The translations under genes were made by a program, and so were the position numbers. This document shows positions 62,698-64,000 of a stretch of 64,000 nt of DNA, piece after piece. Below the pieces are notes generated by a model, which did not search any database, was not told the origin of the DNA, and was given only the letters and a program-made list of their open reading frames with translations. Every line of letters starts with the position of its first letter. The first letter of the stretch is position 1. This stretch comes from an uncultured Pseudomonadales bacterium (GTDB taxonomy: Bacteria > Pseudomonadota > Gammaproteobacteria > Pseudomonadales > Porticoccaceae): NCBI GenBank assembly GCA_943788895.1, contig CALSRZ010000004.1, positions 56,454 through 120,453 of the forward strand, read 5' to 3'.

Positions 62698-64000
62698 TCG
62701 CTGCCTGGCAGAGTGGTTGACTCTGCTGGAAGCTCGGCACCCCAGTGAAATTGACTTAGGACTAGATCGCGTCGCCGCGGTTTGGTCCGAGCTTATTGCG
62801 CCGCCGTAAAGCTGCCAAAACCCCATTCAGTTACCCACCGCCATTACCGTTGCCGGTACCAATGGCAAGGGCTCCTGTATTGCCAGTATGCAAGCGATTA
62901 TGTTGCAGCATGGCTATCGGGTTGGCGCTACCTACCTCACCACATTTTATCGATTACAACGAGCGTATCTGTATTCAGGGTCGAGCCGGTTTGCGATGCT
63001 GCGATTGTCAGTGCTTTCGCTGAAATTGAAGCGGCCGCGAGCAGGTATTTCCTTAACCTATTTTGAATTTGGCACCCTCGCCGCACTGCTGGTTTTTGCC
63101 GATGCCGATCTGGATATTATGCTTCTCGAAGTAGGGCTCGGCGGTCGCCTCGATGCGATCAATATTATTGATGCAGATGTTGCCGTGGTCAGCAGTATTG
63201 CCCTCGATCATCAGGCCTGGCTGGGTGATACCAGAGAGCTTATTGCCGTCTGAGAAACTGGGTATTGCCCGCGCCGGCAGACCGCTGCTGATTGGCGAGG
63301 CAGATAGCCCTCAGGTTTTGAGTCAGATGATTGCTGCCACAGGTGCCGAGGCACTGGTTATCGACTAAGATTTTTCACTGATATGCAGGCTGATCAATTT
63401 CAGTGCTCAGCTGCTTGCTGTCGATGGCAAGCCGCGCCTGTTTGAAAATCTGCCGACCGTCGGGTTGCTGCCAATCAATAAAATCCTGGCTATTCAGGCG
63501 CTACTCTGCGCTGGCTTTGATTTAGAGGATAAGGCTGTTTTCGAAGCGGTAAATAACCTCAGCCTTGCCGGTCGTCAGCAGCAGCTCGACTTTAACGGTA
63601 TCAAGGTTATTCTCGATGTTGCCCACAATCCGGCGGCGGCGGTTGCACTGGCGCATAATCTTGCGCCAATTAGTGGGCGCTACATCGCTGTTGCCTCGGT
63701 TTTAGCGGATAAGGATTGGGCGGGCATTGTCGCGCCGCTGGCGGATATTTTCGACGACTGGCAGATCGCTGAAATAAGCGACACAGAAAGGGCGACTAAA
63801 GGCCAAACTTTGATAGAAGTGTTATACAATGCCGGTCTCTCAGGTACCTTGCACAGCAGTTGATGGAGGGCTGGAAAAGGCATTTTTAAATGCCCTTGAA
63901 CAGGCCGGCTCAGATGATACTCTGGTGGTGTTTGGTTCCTTTTATACTGTCTCGACGCTGCTAGCATGTTAAAGCAAGAATTAAAGCGAAAATTACAAAA
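62690..64000 (+). CDS. folC: Bifunctional folylpolyglutamate synthase/dihydrofolate synthase, multiple frameshifts, probably runs to the window edge
   Basis: [76 protein letters not shown]. Confidence 0.9.

Noticed and set aside
59670-64000. Broken fimV, truA, trpF, accD and folC, and the apparent accD-folC fusion ORF 62486-62809
   Set aside because: Dense 1-nt indels in essential genes; the fusion arises from a slip just before the usual overlapping stop/start (ATGCCTGA)

Overview
Mostly core-genome DNA of a roughly 50% GC gammaproteobacterium. The Pseudomonas/Cellvibrionales-like gene order suggests a marine SAR92/Porticoccaceae-type organism, but that assignment is inference. Core content: dapE, aroG, an AddAB-like helicase/nuclease pair divergent from rmuC, trmA, tusE, yccA, lpxH-ppiB/glnS-cysS, acnB, trmK-GST-miaE, gltA/sdhCDAB-sucAB-lpdA-sucCD, htpG, gpsA, folE, prmB-aroC, LysR/leuCDB-asd-fimV-truA-trpF-accD-folC. 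Many essential genes carry 1-nt indels in patches (11.4-18.1, 32.07, 53.8-54.15 and 59.7-64 kb); these are most likely long-read consensus errors. Accessory material sits in small intergenic slots: a PEP/VPLPA-CTERM-like ORFan, an AT-rich membrane ORFan, an RHH-RelE/ParE toxin-antitoxin pair, and a ~4.7 kb island between aroC and the LysR gene. The island holds a nonsense-disrupted membrane gene bracketed by 34-bp direct repeats, an orphan FecI/FecR pair, a truncated epimerase and a NYN-domain RNase. Best candidates for something new: (1) the NYN RNase is preceded by a sigma70 promoter with an operator palindrome and a ~52-nt two-hairpin RNA ending in a terminator, an RNA-antitoxin-like layout; (2) two 155-bp palindromic elements have an identical architecture and conserved loop motifs, but stems that differ by compensatory changes; (3) strong local G/C strand skew converges on several variable or palindromic sites. 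No tRNA, rRNA, CRISPR array, integrase or transposase was recognised.
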